Positions 39,202-49,735 of a stretch of DNA of 64,000 bases are shown here, piece after piece. How positions within the stretch are numbered: the stretch's first letter is position 1; each line of letters begins with the position of its first letter. This DNA is from an uncultured Gemmatimonadales bacterium (GTDB lineage: Bacteria > Gemmatimonadota > Gemmatimonadetes > Gemmatimonadales > GWC2-71-9): NCBI GenBank assembly GCA_963842945.1, contig CAWJIM010000023.1, forward strand, positions 288,001 through 352,000, written 5' to 3'. The position numbers and the translations under genes were made by a program. The notes beneath the pieces are model-generated. The model ran no database searches. It had not been told where the DNA came from and saw only the letters and a program-made list of their open reading frames with translations.

Positions 39202-42200
39202 ATGCCATTCGTCCATCTCCACACCCATAGCGAGTACTCTCTTCTCGACGGGGCCAATCGGATTCCCGAACTGGTCAGCCACGTCAAGAAGCTCGGCATG
39301 GACAGTCTGGCGGTAACCGATCACGGGAACATGCACTCCGCCTGGACCTTCTACGACCAGGCCAAGGCGCAGCATATCCGGCCCATTCTGGGGTTCGAGG
39401 CTTATCTCGCCTTCGGTCCCCGTACCCTGCGGGAAAAGCCCCAGTGGGCGCCCGCCGCGTACAGCCATCTCGTTCTCCTGGCCCGGAACCGGACGGGCTA
39501 CCGGAACCTGGTCCGACTGACCTCGATTGGATTCGTAGAGGGATTTTACCGCCGGCCGCGTATCGATAAAGAGGTGCTCGCCGCACACTCGGAGGGCCTG
39601 GTTTGTCTGGCAGCCTGCCTCTCGGGAGAGGTGGCGCTCTATCTCCGGCAGGGCAAGTTCGACGAGGCCAGGAAGAGTGCCGAGTGGTTCAGCCAAACTT
39701 TCGGCCCCGAGGGATTCTGGCTCGAGATTCAGCAGCATGGAATCGGCGAAGAACGCCAGGTCACCGAAGGCATGCTGCGCCTGGGGCGGGAGCTGGGTAT
39801 CGGCGTGGTGGCCACGAACGACGCGCATTATCTCCGGCGGGAGGACGCCGAAGCGCACGACGTCCTGCTGGCCATCGGCACGGGGAGTGATCTGGATGAC
39901 CCCAAGCGTTTCCGCTTCCTCGGCCAGGAGTCCTACGTCAAGTCCGAGGCGGAAATGCGGGCGCTCTTCCCCGAGCACCCGGAGACGCTCGAGAACACGG
40001 CCCTGGTGGCCGACCGGTGCGAGTTCGACTTCGAGAAGCGCTACTTTCTGCCCGTCTTCCCCCGCCCGGCCGAGTATCAAAGCGATGAAGCGCTGCTCCA
40101 GCATCTCGCCCACACCGGCGCTGAGCGGCGGTATGGATCACCCCTTCCTGCGGAGGTGCGGGAGCGGCTGGAGTATGAGCTAGGGGTCATCGAGCGCGCC
40201 GGCTACGCCGGCTACTTCCTGATCGTCCAGGATTTCATCGCCGCCGCACGTGCGCGCGGGATTCCGGTGGGCCCTGGACGCGGGTCTGCCGCCGGCTCGC
40301 TGGTGGCGTATTCGCTCGGTATCACTGACGTCTGTCCCCTCAAGTTCGATCTCCTCTTCGAGCGGTTCCTCAATCCCGAGCGGGTGTCGATGCCCGATAT
40401 CGACGTGGACTTCTGCTTCGAGCGCCGCGGCGAAGTAATCGAATACGTCCGGGAACGGTACGGTAGGAACAGTGTGGGACAGATCGTGACCTTTGGAACG
40501 ATGAAGGCCCGCGCGGCGGTCAAGGACGTGGCCCGGGTGCTCCGCATTCCTCCCGGTGAGGCCGACCGGATCACGAAGCTGATTCCCTCGGGCCCGGCCT
40601 ACAGCCTCAACATTCGCGATGCGGAAAAGAAGATCGACGAGCTTCGGGAGCTGGTCCGGAGCAACCCGGTTTACCGTCGGTTGGTCGATCTGAGCTCCCG
40701 GATCGAAGGCATATCCCGTCACATGTCGGTGCATGCCGCGGGCGTGGTAATCGCTCCGGGGCCGCTGTCGGATTACGTACCGGTCTGCGTGGCTCCCACC
40801 AACCGGGTCAAGAGCGATGTCGCCGGGACTCCGGCGGAGGGCGATGAGTCCATCATCACCCAGTATGAGATGGGCGCGCTGGAGAAGGTCGGCATGCTCA
40901 AGATGGACATGCTCGGCCTCAAGACCTTGACCGTGATTCACGACGCCGTGGCGATGATCGAGGCATTGCACGGGACCCGACCCGACATGGCCACGCTGGA
41001 GCTGGATGACCCCAAGGTCTACGACCTGCTGCGCCAGGGCCGAACCGCCGGAATCTTCCAGTTCGAGTCACCGCTGGCCACCGATACCCTGCGGTCGATG
41101 AAGTGCGACCGCTTCGACGATCTCGTCGCCAGTAACGCCCTGCTGCGCCCCGGACCACTCGATGCGGGAATGCATCTCGTTTTCATCCGGCGGAAGCTGG
41201 GACAGGAGCGGGTGACCTATCCTCACCCATCCCTCACCGACATCCTGGCCCCCACCTACGGCGTCATCACCTATCAGGAACAGGTGATGCGCATCGCCAA
41301 TGTGCTCGCCGGATTCACCCTGGCCGAAGCCGACGTGCTGCGAAAGGCGGTGGGCAAGAAGGATCAGGAGCTGGCAAACCGGGAGGTCGCAAAGTTCGTC
41401 GAGCGGGCCGTTGCCCTGGGACACTCCAGAGGCATGATCGAGGAGCTGGGCCGCCAGATCGTCACCTTCGGCCGCTACGGGTTCAACAAGTCCCACTCCG
41501 TGGCATACTCGATCCTGTCCTATCAGACGGCATGGCTCAAGGCTCACTACCCTGCCGAGTTCATGGCCGCCCTGCTCTCGTCCGAAATCGGAAACACCGA
41601 CAAGGTGGTGCAGTACATCAACGAGGCCAGAGAGCTGGAGCTGGAGATTCTCCCCCCCGATGTGAACGAGTCTGGATTCAAGTTTACCGTCGTGGGCGAT
41701 CGGAGGATTCGCTTCGGCCTGGGAGCTGTGCGCAACGTGGGCGAGGGCGCGATCGCATCGATCATTGCCGGCCGCGCCGAGGGCCCGTATCAGACCATGG
41801 CCGAGCTGGTCGAGCGCATCGACCTCCGGTTGTGCAACAAACGGGTGCTCGAGTCACTGGTGGCCGCCGGAGCCTGCGACACACTCGATGGCCATCGCAA
41901 ACAGCTGATCGAGGCGCTCGATGCGGCCCTGGCCGAGGCGCAGTTGCTTCAGGCCGAGCGGGAGGCGGGCCAGGGATCGCTGTTTGGAGAGGTCGGGAAG
42001 GACGGCAAGGACGGGAATGACGCCGAACGGAATGGTCACCCGGCCCTCCCCGATATCCCGGCATGGACCGAGGCGGAACGGCTGGCCAAGGAAAAGGAGG
42101 TCCTCGGGTTCTTCATTTCGGGCCATCCTCTGGAACGGTTCAGACAGGAGGTCGAGCTGTTCGGCACTCGTACCACCGCCACACTGAGTGAGTGGGGAGA

Positions 42201-42720
42201 ACACCAGGTGAGCGTGGCCGCCGTCGTCACCGCGGTCAAGCGCCAGATCTCGAAGAAGACCGGAAAGGAATACGCCCGGCTGGTTCTCGAGGATTTCCAC
42301 GGAACCGCGGAGGCCATCGTCTTCCCCGAGGCCTGGGCCAAGCTCAATCAGATCATCCTTCCTGACTCGGCACTGCTCCTGACCGGGGGCTACAGCGACC
42401 GGGATCGGGGAGACGATCAGGCGCCCTTCATCGTGGAAGTCGCCCGACCCCTGGCTGAGCTCAAGAGCTCGGGTGCGCTGGCGCTGAGTCTCCGCTGGAG
42501 AGCGCCCTCCGCTCCCGAGCCGGGCGCCGTCAAAGAGGTGGCGGCCATCTGCTCGGCCCACCCGGGCCCGACGCCGGTCTATATCGAATGGAGCGATGGT
42601 AATGGCGAGGCCGTTCGGTTACGATCGCGCCGCATTCGAGTGGCCGCTGAGGACGACCTGGTTCGCGCCCTGCGCGATCTGCTGGGATCCGAGTCCGTCA
42701 GTTACGTGAAGGCCAACTGA
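39202..42720 (+). CDS. dnaE: DNA polymerase III alpha subunit
   Basis: PHP HLHTHSEYSLLDG, GPGRGSAAGS, MPDIDVDF and YGFNKSHS motifs. Confidence 0.98.
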   Translation: MPFVHLHTHSEYSLLDGANRIPELVSHVKKLGMDSLAVTDHGNMHSAWTFYDQAKAQHIRPILGFEAYLAFGPRTLREKPQWAPAAYSHLVLLARNRTGYRNLVRLTSIGFVEGFYRRPRIDKEVLAAHSEGLVCLAACLSGEVALYLRQGKFDEARKSAEWFSQTFGPEGFWLEIQQHGIGEERQVTEGMLRLGRELGIGVVATNDAHYLRREDAEAHDVLLAIGTGSDLDDPKRFRFLGQESYVKSEAEMRALFPEHPETLENTALVADRCEFDFEKRYFLPVFPRPAEYQSDEALLQHLAHTGAERRYGSPLPAEVRERLEYELGVIERAGYAGYFLIVQDFIAAARARGIPVGPGRGSAAGSLVAYSLGITDVCPLKFDLLFERFLNPERVSMPDIDVDFCFERRGEVIEYVRERYGRNSVGQIVTFGTMKARAAVKDVARVLRIPPGEADRITKLIPSGPAYSLNIRDAEKKIDELRELVRSNPVYRRLVDLSSRIEGISRHMSVHAAGVVIAPGPLSDYVPVCVAPTNRVKSDVAGTPAEGDESIITQYEMGALEKVGMLKMDMLGLKTLTVIHDAVAMIEALHGTRPDMATLELDDPKVYDLLRQGRTAGIFQFESPLATDTLRSMKCDRFDDLVASNALLRPGPLDAGMHLVFIRRKLGQERVTYPHPSLTDILAPTYGVITYQEQVMRIANVLAGFTLAEADVLRKAVGKKDQELANREVAKFVERAVALGHSRGMIEELGRQIVTFGRYGFNKSHSVAYSILSYQTAWLKAHYPAEFMAALLSSEIGNTDKVVQYINEARELELEILPPDVNESGFKFTVVGDRRIRFGLGAVRNVGEGAIASIIAGRAEGPYQTMAELVERIDLRLCNKRVLESLVAAGACDTLDGHRKQLIEALDAALAEAQLLQAEREAGQGSLFGEVGKDGKDGNDAERNGHPALPDIPAWTEAERLAKEKEVLGFFISGHPLERFRQEVELFGTRTTATLSEWGEHQVSVAAVVTAVKRQISKKTGKEYARLVLEDFHGTAEAIVFPEAWAKLNQIILPDSALLLTGGYSDRDRGDDQAPFIVEVARPLAELKSSGALALSLRWRAPSAPEPGAVKEVAAICSAHPGPTPVYIEWSDGNGEAVRLRSRRIRVAAEDDLVRALRDLLGSESVSYVKAN

Positions 42721-42724
42721 CCCC

Positions 42725-43687
42725 ATGGCCTCCGCCTACACCCTGGATTTCGAGAAGCCTCTGCTGGAGCTGGAGCGTCAGATCGACGACCTGAAGCGGA
42801 TCGGCAGCGAGCGGCAAATCGACATCGATGGGGAGCTCGAGGGACTCAACGGCAAGCTGGAGTCACTCAGGGCGGATATTTACCGGAATCTCACCCCGCT
42901 CCAGCGGGTGATGGTTGCCCGGCACCCGCGGCGGCCGTATACCCTGGATTATCTCAGCACCATCTTCACCGATTTCATCGAGCTCCATGGCGACCGGCTC
43001 TACATGGACGACCCGGCGATCGTCGGCGGATGGGCCCGTTTGGCCGGCATTTCGGTGATGGTGATTGGACACCAGAAGGGGCGAGACACCAAGGAAAATC
43101 TCAAGCGCAACTTCGGCATGCCTCACCCTGAGGGATACCGCAAGGCGCTCAGGCTGATGAAGCTCGCCGCCAAGTTCGGTGCCGGCGTCATTACCCTGAT
43201 CGACACGCCGGGGGCGTATCCCGGTCTGGGAGCCGAGGAGCGGGGGCAATCGGAAGCGCTGGCGCGAAACATTATAGAAATGTCCTCGTTGCCCACACCC
43301 TGCATCGCCGTGGTGATCGGTGAGGGAGGCTCCGGCGGTGCACTGGCGTTGGGCGTGGCCGACCGGGTGCTCATGCTGGAAAATTCGGTGTACTCGGTGA
43401 TCTCCCCCGAAGGATGCGCCGCCATTCTGTGGAAGGATGCCAGTCAAAGGGAGCGGGCCGCCGAGGCGCTCAAGATCACGGCGGACGACCTGCTGCGGCT
43501 CAAGGTGATCGACGAGATCATCAAGGAGCCGGTGGGAGGAGCGCACATCGATCCTGACTCGGCCGGTGAAGCGCTACGGGAAGCCTTGATCCGACATCTC
43601 ACCGAGTTGCGCAAGATTCGGCCGGAGAAGCTGGTCCGGCGCCGGGCCGAGAAGTACGCCGCTATGGGGGCGTTCACCGAGGACTGA
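42725..43687 (+). CDS. accA: Acetyl-CoA carboxylase carboxyltransferase alpha
   Basis: LDFEKP, ARHPRRP, NFGMPHPEGYRKA and GEGGSGGA motifs. Confidence 0.97.
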   Translation: MASAYTLDFEKPLLELERQIDDLKRIGSERQIDIDGELEGLNGKLESLRADIYRNLTPLQRVMVARHPRRPYTLDYLSTIFTDFIELHGDRLYMDDPAIVGGWARLAGISVMVIGHQKGRDTKENLKRNFGMPHPEGYRKALRLMKLAAKFGAGVITLIDTPGAYPGLGAEERGQSEALARNIIEMSSLPTPCIAVVIGEGGSGGALALGVADRVLMLENSVYSVISPEGCAAILWKDASQRERAAEALKITADDLLRLKVIDEIIKEPVGGAHIDPDSAGEALREALIRHLTELRKIRPEKLVRRRAEKYAAMGAFTED

Positions 43688-44613
43688 TGAGTCAAACGAT
43701 CGAAGTCCGCTTCAAGGGCACCCGCAAGGCCTACTTCATGTGGGAGAATGATGCCGATCCCCTTCACCTGAAGGAGCCGGTGATCGTGGAGGTGGAGCGC
43801 GGCCGCGACCTGGGCCGAGTCAGCGCAGTGGGCGAGACCGCCGCGAAGAAGTGCGGTGGGTGCACCAGCTGCGCGACCGGCGACGCCAGCCCTGACCCGG
43901 GTGCGCTCAAATCCGTGGTGCGCCGAGCCACGGCGGAGGACTGCAAGACCCATCAGGAGCTTCGGATGGGCGAGGAGGAAGTGCGGCAGAAAGTCATCCA
44001 GCGGGCCCGGGCCCACGAGCTGCTGATGAAAATCAGCGACACCGAGTGGCAGTGGGACCGGAACAAGCTGACCATCTATTTCACGGCCGACAAACGGGTC
44101 GACTTCAGAGCGCTGGTGCGCGACCTGGCCTCGTTGTTTCGCACCAGAATCGAGCTGCGGCAGATTGGAGTACGGGATGAGTCGGCCCGGCTCTCCGGCG
44201 TGGGCCGCTGTGGCCGGGAATACTGCTGCTCGACCTGGCTCAAGGAGCTTTCGCCCGTCAACCTCGGCCTCGCCAAGGACCAGCATCTGTCCCTCAATCC
44301 GTCACAGATCTCGGGCGGCTGCGGCCGCCTGCTCTGCTGCCTCAAGTACGAGCACGAGTTCTACGTTACCGCTCGAAAGCGTTTTCCCAAGGAGGGGAAG
44401 ACATTGAAGACCGCAGTGGGCGCCGAAAAGGTGATTGCGGTCGACATCTTCCGCGAGCGGGTGTTCCTCAGACACGACGATCTGGGATCTCGCATCATCC
44501 CGCTGGCTCAGCTTCGGAGCGAGGTCGAGGCCCTGGGCGAAGTCTTTCCTACGGCCGAGGTTCGCAACCGCCGGGGTCGTGGTGGGGCCTCCGAGTCGAG
44601 CCCCCGGAACTAG
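43687..44613 (+). CDS. ricT: PSP1-domain protein RicT/YaaT
   Basis: YFTADKRVDFR.LVRDL, RIELRQIGVRDE, GRCGREYCC and GGCGRLLCCLKYE motifs. Confidence 0.9.
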   Translation: MSQTIEVRFKGTRKAYFMWENDADPLHLKEPVIVEVERGRDLGRVSAVGETAAKKCGGCTSCATGDASPDPGALKSVVRRATAEDCKTHQELRMGEEEVRQKVIQRARAHELLMKISDTEWQWDRNKLTIYFTADKRVDFRALVRDLASLFRTRIELRQIGVRDESARLSGVGRCGREYCCSTWLKELSPVNLGLAKDQHLSLNPSQISGGCGRLLCCLKYEHEFYVTARKRFPKEGKTLKTAVGAEKVIAVDIFRERVFLRHDDLGSRIIPLAQLRSEVEALGEVFPTAEVRNRRGRGGASESSPRN

Positions 44614-44653
44614 CCAACCGCGACTTACCCTTTATACTCCCCAGCTGAAGTCG

Positions 44654-44750
44654 GCCGCAGATAAACGCATGCACCCGCCAGGGCGGGTACCGACGCAAGA
44701 TTCATCGTATTGCGTCACCCGCCTCAGCGGGTGCTGCGTTCATCTGCGGC
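44654..44750. other. 97-nt nested inverted-repeat element upstream of metG
   Basis: Outer stem GCCGCAGATAAACGCA / TGCGTTCATCTGCGGC enclosing three hairpins. Confidence 0.7.
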
Positions 44751-44779
44751 TAAAGTTTGCTCCCTTTTGGAGACAATAG

Positions 44780-46296
44780 TTGCCCAAGTTTTTTCTGACC
44801 ACAGCGATTGACTACTCCAACGGCGATCCGCATTTGGGGCACGCCCTCGAGAAGGTGGGCGCGGATGCCATTGCCCGCTATCGGCGACTCCGCGGCGACC
44901 AGGTTCATTTCCTCATGGGAATGGACGAGCACAGCCAGTCGGTGCTGCAGGCGGCGGCCCGGGCTGGGGTCCAGCCGCAGGAGTGGGTGGACCGGATGGC
45001 CGGCCGGTTCGAGGAGTTCTGGCGGCGGCTGGAGTGCAGCAATGACGATTGGATCCGTACTACCGAGTCGCGCCATGCCCGCTCGGTCACCGAGCTCCTG
45101 CGCCGGATCCAGCAGTTTCATCCTGACGATCTCTATGTCGCCGAATACGAGGGACTCTACTGCACCGGCTGCGAGGAGTTCAAGCAGGAGAGTCAGATCG
45201 TCAACGGACGCTGCATCGAGCATCCCACCCTGGAGCTCATCCGGACCCGGGAGCGGAATCACTTCTTCAGGCTGAGTCGCTACCGCGACCCGGTGCTGGA
45301 CCTGATCCGAACCGGAAAGTTCCTGGTGGAGCCGGCAATCCGGCGCAATGAGGTGCTACGGCTACTCGAGGGAGGACTGCAGGATATCTCGGTCTCCCGC
45401 CTGCGGCAGCCCTGGGGAATCCCGTTTCCCGGTGATCCGGAACAGACGGTGTACGTCTGGTTCGACGCCCTGATCAACTACCTCTCCGCCACCGGCTTTC
45501 CCGATGCCGGATACGAGCGGCTCTGGCCTGCAGATCTCCACGTGATCGGAAAGGGAATCACCCGGTTTCACTGCGTGATCTGGCCGGCCATGCTGCTGAG
45601 TGCCCGGCTGGATGTTCCCCGCGAGGTGTGGGCCCACGGTTACGTACAGTGGGAGGGCACCAAGATGTCAAAGACGAGTGGAACGGCGGTAACGCTGGAC
45701 GAAGCCATCGAGCGCCACGGTCCCGATCCGCTGCGGTACTTCCTGCTCCGCGAAGTGGGCTTCGAGTCCGACGGCAACTTCACCTGGGAGCGCTTCGACG
45801 AGCGATACACCGCCGACCTGGCCGATGGGCTGGGCAATCTCGCCTCCAGAACCATCGCGATGTTATTGAAGTACCGGGACGGAGTGGTGCCGCGATCGGC
45901 TGCATCGACGGCGCTGGATCGAGCCGGAGCTGAGTCGCGTCCGGCAGTACGCCAGCGGCAATGGACGCCCTCGATCTTCGGACCGGGGCGGAGGCAGCCT
46001 GGTCCCTGGTTTCGGCGGCAAACCTGTTCGTGCAGCAGACCGCACCTTGGGGACTGGCAAAGTCGCATCGCGACGCCGAGTTGGATGATGCCCTGGCGGC
46101 GCTGGCCCGCGCCCTGGCTCGCCTGGCGGTGCTGGTGAGCCCGTTCATTCCAGCCAAAGCCCAGCAGTTGTGGCACATGCTGGGGATGAAAGGGGCGGTG
46201 GCAGAAGCGGATTGGTCGGCCGGAGAGCAGCCCGAGGTGGAGGGACGCAAAGTCGAGCGCGCCGACGTGCTCTTTCCCAAGCCCGCCAGTGTCTAG
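44780..46296 (+). CDS. metG: Methionine--tRNA ligase, short form (frameshift near 45940)
   Basis: HLGH, GMDEH, CTGC knuckle, YVWFDALINY, KMSKT; C-terminus in frame 45961..46296 ends LFPKP. Confidence 0.92.
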
Positions 46297-46324
46297 AACT
46301 TACCGCGAACACCTGCGAAACTTC

Positions 46325-46354
46325 TTGACAGTGAAAGAGTTATCACTCTAAGAT
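46325..46354 (+). promoter_or_regulatory. Putative sigma70 promoter TTGACA-N18-TAAGAT for the M23 gene
   Basis: AT-rich intergenic; spacer holds AGTGA-N8-TCACT; second TTGACA at 46359. Confidence 0.45.
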
Positions 46355-46492
46355 CTACTTGACAATCCTTATCCGCCTGAGCCACCTTAACTTTGCAGCC
46401 ATGACTCCGGGCTCCCCACGAGCGCGGAGTTATTGTCAGATTGGAGCGCAGACTCGCAGAGTTTTTGACCATGCTGTACGAGGTGCAACGTC

Positions 46493-47418
46493 ATGCCCAA
46501 ACGCCGCTGGACCCTGGTTCTTGTCCCTCACGGGTCGGAGCCCTCGCGTATAGTCGAGGTCTCCTATAACCTGTTGCGCGGCGTCGTGGCTGTTATCGGC
46601 TGTTTCGTTGTTCTCGGATTGCTTGTCGGGTACCTCACCGTCAGTCACACCACCGACCTCTCTCGCGCTGCACGGCTCCAGCAGGAAAACGCATCCCTCG
46701 CCCGGCGAAATTGGTGAGCTGCACGGACGGCTGAGCAGCCTGGCCGATACTCTGAGCACGATCTCACAGCGCGATGCCCGCATTCGGGTGCTGGCCAACC
46801 TCGACCCGATCGATCCCCAGGTACAGAAGGCCGGCATCGGCGGACCCGGCAGTTCGGATCTCGATATCACCGGCCTCAGCGGGCTGGCCCGCCGCTCCGC
46901 GGAGGTACGCGTGGATCTCGGCGCGCTGATTCGCCGGGCCAACCTGCTGGCCTCGTCGTTCAAGGAGGCAGCTGACAGCCTGGCTTTCCACCGGGCACGC
47001 CTGGCTGCCACCCCATCCATCATGCCGACGCAGGGCTGGCTCTCCAGCGCGTTCTCCGCCATGCGCGCCCATCCGATCCTGCATCTGGCTCGTCCGCACG
47101 AGGGGATCGACGTCTCCGCCCCCATGGGCAGTCCCGATCGAGGCGCCCGCGGCTGGGGTTGTGAGCGAGGCAGGCTGGGAAACGGGCTACGGCAATACGA
47201 TCACGATCAATCACGGCTACGGCATCGTCACCAAGTTCGCTCACGCGTCCAAGCTGCTGGTGAAGACCGGCCAACGGGTGGCCCGGGGTCAGCGCATCGC
47301 GCTGGTGGGGAACTCGGGCCTCGCCACCGGCCCTCATCTGCACTATGAGGTCCACGTGAACGGCCGCCCGGTGGATCCGCTGAAGTACGTCTTGCCCGAA
47401 GGAGTGGTGACGGACTAG
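46493..47418 (+). CDS. M23 family peptidoglycan metallopeptidase (two frameshifts)
   Basis: TM helix plus coiled coil, TPSIMP..GWLSS, HEGID, GYGN, ATGPHLHYEV. Confidence 0.9.
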
Positions 47419-47547
47419 GCGGGGCAGCGGGGCAGCGGGGCAGGAGCACAAAGGACAGCGGCCTTCGGATACACATCCGAGGGCCGCTTTGCTTTTGTTG
47501 CTCCCAATCCGCTACCCGCTGCCCCAGCCTGCCCCGCTGCCCCGCGC
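47419..47547. repeat. Inverted octamer arrays (GCGGGGCA)3 ... (TGCCCCGC)n flanking a terminator
   Basis: Direct reading of 47419-47442 and about 47513-47545. Confidence 0.8.
47457..47496 (+). terminator. Intrinsic terminator between convergent M23 and lemA genes
   Basis: AGCGGCCTTCGGAT-ACAC-ATCCGAGGGCCGCT stem plus T-rich tail. Confidence 0.75.
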
Positions 47548-47549
47548 GC

Positions 47550-48116
47550 CTAAAACTTTACGGTTGGCGCCTGGGCGGCTCCCTGCGAGGCCTCGAAGTA
47601 TTCCCGCGGCTTGCCCATTCCGAACACCTTGGCGGTGAGATTGTAGGGAAAGCGGCGAATGTAGGCGTTGTACTCATTCACGGCATTGTTGTAATCCTGC
47701 CGGGCCACCGAAATCCGGTTCTCGGTGCCCTCGAGCTGGTCCTGCAGCTGGCGGAAATTCTGACTGGATTGCAGCTGAGGATAGTTCTCGGCGATGGCCA
47801 GCAGGCGGCCCAGGCCCTGGGACAGCACCGAATCGGCGGCAGCCATTTGGCGGACGTTGCCCGACTGGATGGCACCGCCGAGTCGCGCTCGCGCATTGGC
47901 GATCGAGATGAACACAGTGTCCTCCTGCTTGGTCACGCCCTTCACCGTGTTCACCAGATTGGGAATCAGATCAGCCCGCCGCTGCAACTGGGTCTGGATC
48001 TGCCCCTGAGCCTGGTTCACCCGCTCATCCAGCGTCTGGATCTGATTGTATCCGCAGCCGGCCAGGAACAGGGCCGAGGCGAGGAGCGACAAATACATTC
48101 TGGAGGCGCGCTGCAT
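47550..48116 (-). CDS. lemA: LemA family protein
   Basis: GCGYN, QRRADLIPNLV, ENYPQL and QLEGTENRISVAR..YN motifs. Confidence 0.95.
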   Translation of the reverse strand: MQRASRMYLSLLASALFLAGCGYNQIQTLDERVNQAQGQIQTQLQRRADLIPNLVNTVKGVTKQEDTVFISIANARARLGGAIQSGNVRQMAAADSVLSQGLGRLLAIAENYPQLQSSQNFRQLQDQLEGTENRISVARQDYNNAVNEYNAYIRRFPYNLTAKVFGMGKPREYFEASQGAAQAPTVKF

Positions 48117-48130
48117 TCCTGATCTCCCTG

Positions 48131-48836
48131 CTAGAGTTGATCGACGAACTGTGCCGTCTGCTCCACAGCGTTCATATAGTTCTCGAACTCGGGTGCCCCG
48201 CAACGCCACTCCCGGTCGGCCCGATGTTGCACAACATGCAGCAGGTGCTCGGGCTCGAAGCCGATCGCTCCGGCAGCTGCGGTGCTCAGCTCGGTCGAAT
48301 CCACCGGAACCGGACGGCCCATGACCGCGAGGACTCCGCGGAGGAGCACGAGAATCGTGGCCGCGCTCTCCAGCCCCAACCTTCCCAGCGCCGCGGGCTC
48401 CGGGGCAAAGGTGGCATAGCCCTGCCGAAGCCGGAGCAGCTTCCCCCGGAACTCACGTTCCAGCGCCTTGCGCAGGTCACCGGTATCCACCTGGACTCCC
48501 TGAAGCGGATCGGCCCCGCGCAGCACCTGGTAGGAAAGGCGCATATCGGTGATCTCGATGGGAAAAGCATCCGAGGCGCGGGTCCACTCGGCCCGGCTGA
48601 TCAGCAGCGGTGGCTCCGGGGTCGACTTGCGCCAGCACGGCAAACGCGCGTCCCAGCGCGCGCAGCGTGGGCGTGGTTACCTCGTCGAGCACCAGCATCA
48701 GATTGACATCGGAGCGTCCCGGGATGTAGTCGCCCCGGGCCGCTGAGCCGTAGAGCACTGCACTGTACCCGGCTCCGGCCACCCGATCGACCTCGGTGAG
48801 GAACGGGTCAACCACCCGTGAGACCGTAGTCCGCAT
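48131..48836 (-). CDS. Nucleotidyltransferase-domain protein (frameshift near 48645)
   Basis: VLYGSAARGDY.PGRSDVNL, then DAFPIE..DM and LR..LE.E.RGKLLRLRQ. Confidence 0.75.
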
Positions 48837-49645
48837 CAGAATCTTCCCCCGGCACCACCGCCGCTAAATCCACCTCCGCCACCAAATCCACCGAAACCGC
48901 CTCCGCCCCCGCCGAAGCCGCCGCCGCCGCCCCAGCCGCCGCCGATCCACGGGCCACCCCAATATATCCCGCTCCTTCTACGCCGACCGCCGCGAAATGC
49001 GCCGGATATCGATCAGCAGAAAAAGATCAGAAGGAACAAGCGGCAGCAGGATGCTCCGCCCAGGTGTGACTACCCCTCCCGAACCGACGGCGGCTGGTAA
49101 TGCGGTGAGCGTCGTATCGGATACGCCGTACCCCGCGCGATGCGGCTCAGCCAGCGCCCGAACCCCCAGCACAGCCGTCCCGTAGTTGCCTTGTGAAGCT
49201 CCGGCCGCATGACGTCATCCCGAATCCGGCCGGCAGCAGCATCGGTAACGATGCCTTCAAGCCCCTGACCCGACTTCGATGCGGACTGGCCGAGTCCGGG
49301 TCTGCCTGATCCGTTCGGGGCACGACCAGCAGAACGACCCGCATTTCTGCCGCGGAATCTCCGATATCAGCCTTGGCGCCAACCTTCCATCTCCGGCCGA
49401 TGGCGAGCGCCACTTCGGAGGCTTCCCGATCGCCGATGGGGGTAGGGTGACCACTGCCAGCTCGGCGCCGGTCGCCCCTTCAGCCGCCGGATCAGGTATC
49501 CATCTCCTGGGCGGCGTCGGACCGGGATCACCGAAGCAAAGTCATTCACATATCCCACCGGCTGGGCGTGGGACCAGCGAGTCCAGAGCGGTGGCCTGCG
49601 CGCCCAGGCCACGGCTGTGCAGCCGCCGGAGAGAAGACCGAGCAT
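48836..49645 (-). CDS. TPM domain-containing protein (many frameshifts)
   Basis: GYVNDFA, AIGRRWKVG, EVG.G.EG fragments; Gly-rich tail GGFGGFGGGGGFSGGGAGGRF*. Confidence 0.75.
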
Positions 49646-49735
49646 CAGTTGAAGCGCTTCCGGAGGGCGATAGCTTTGGCCCGTGTGCCTCTCAAACTGT
49701 CTCCCTGCGCCGGCGCGTTCACCGTTTCCACACCC

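Noticed and set aside
44780..46296. metG, lipB and mlaEF as pseudogenes or programmed frameshifts
   Set aside because: Motifs are intact on both sides of the breaks, no clear slippery signals, and indels cluster regionally, which fits assembly error.
48845..48960. CCG/CCA-rich low-complexity tract
   Set aside because: It is the Gly-rich tail typical of TPM-domain proteins on the minus strand.
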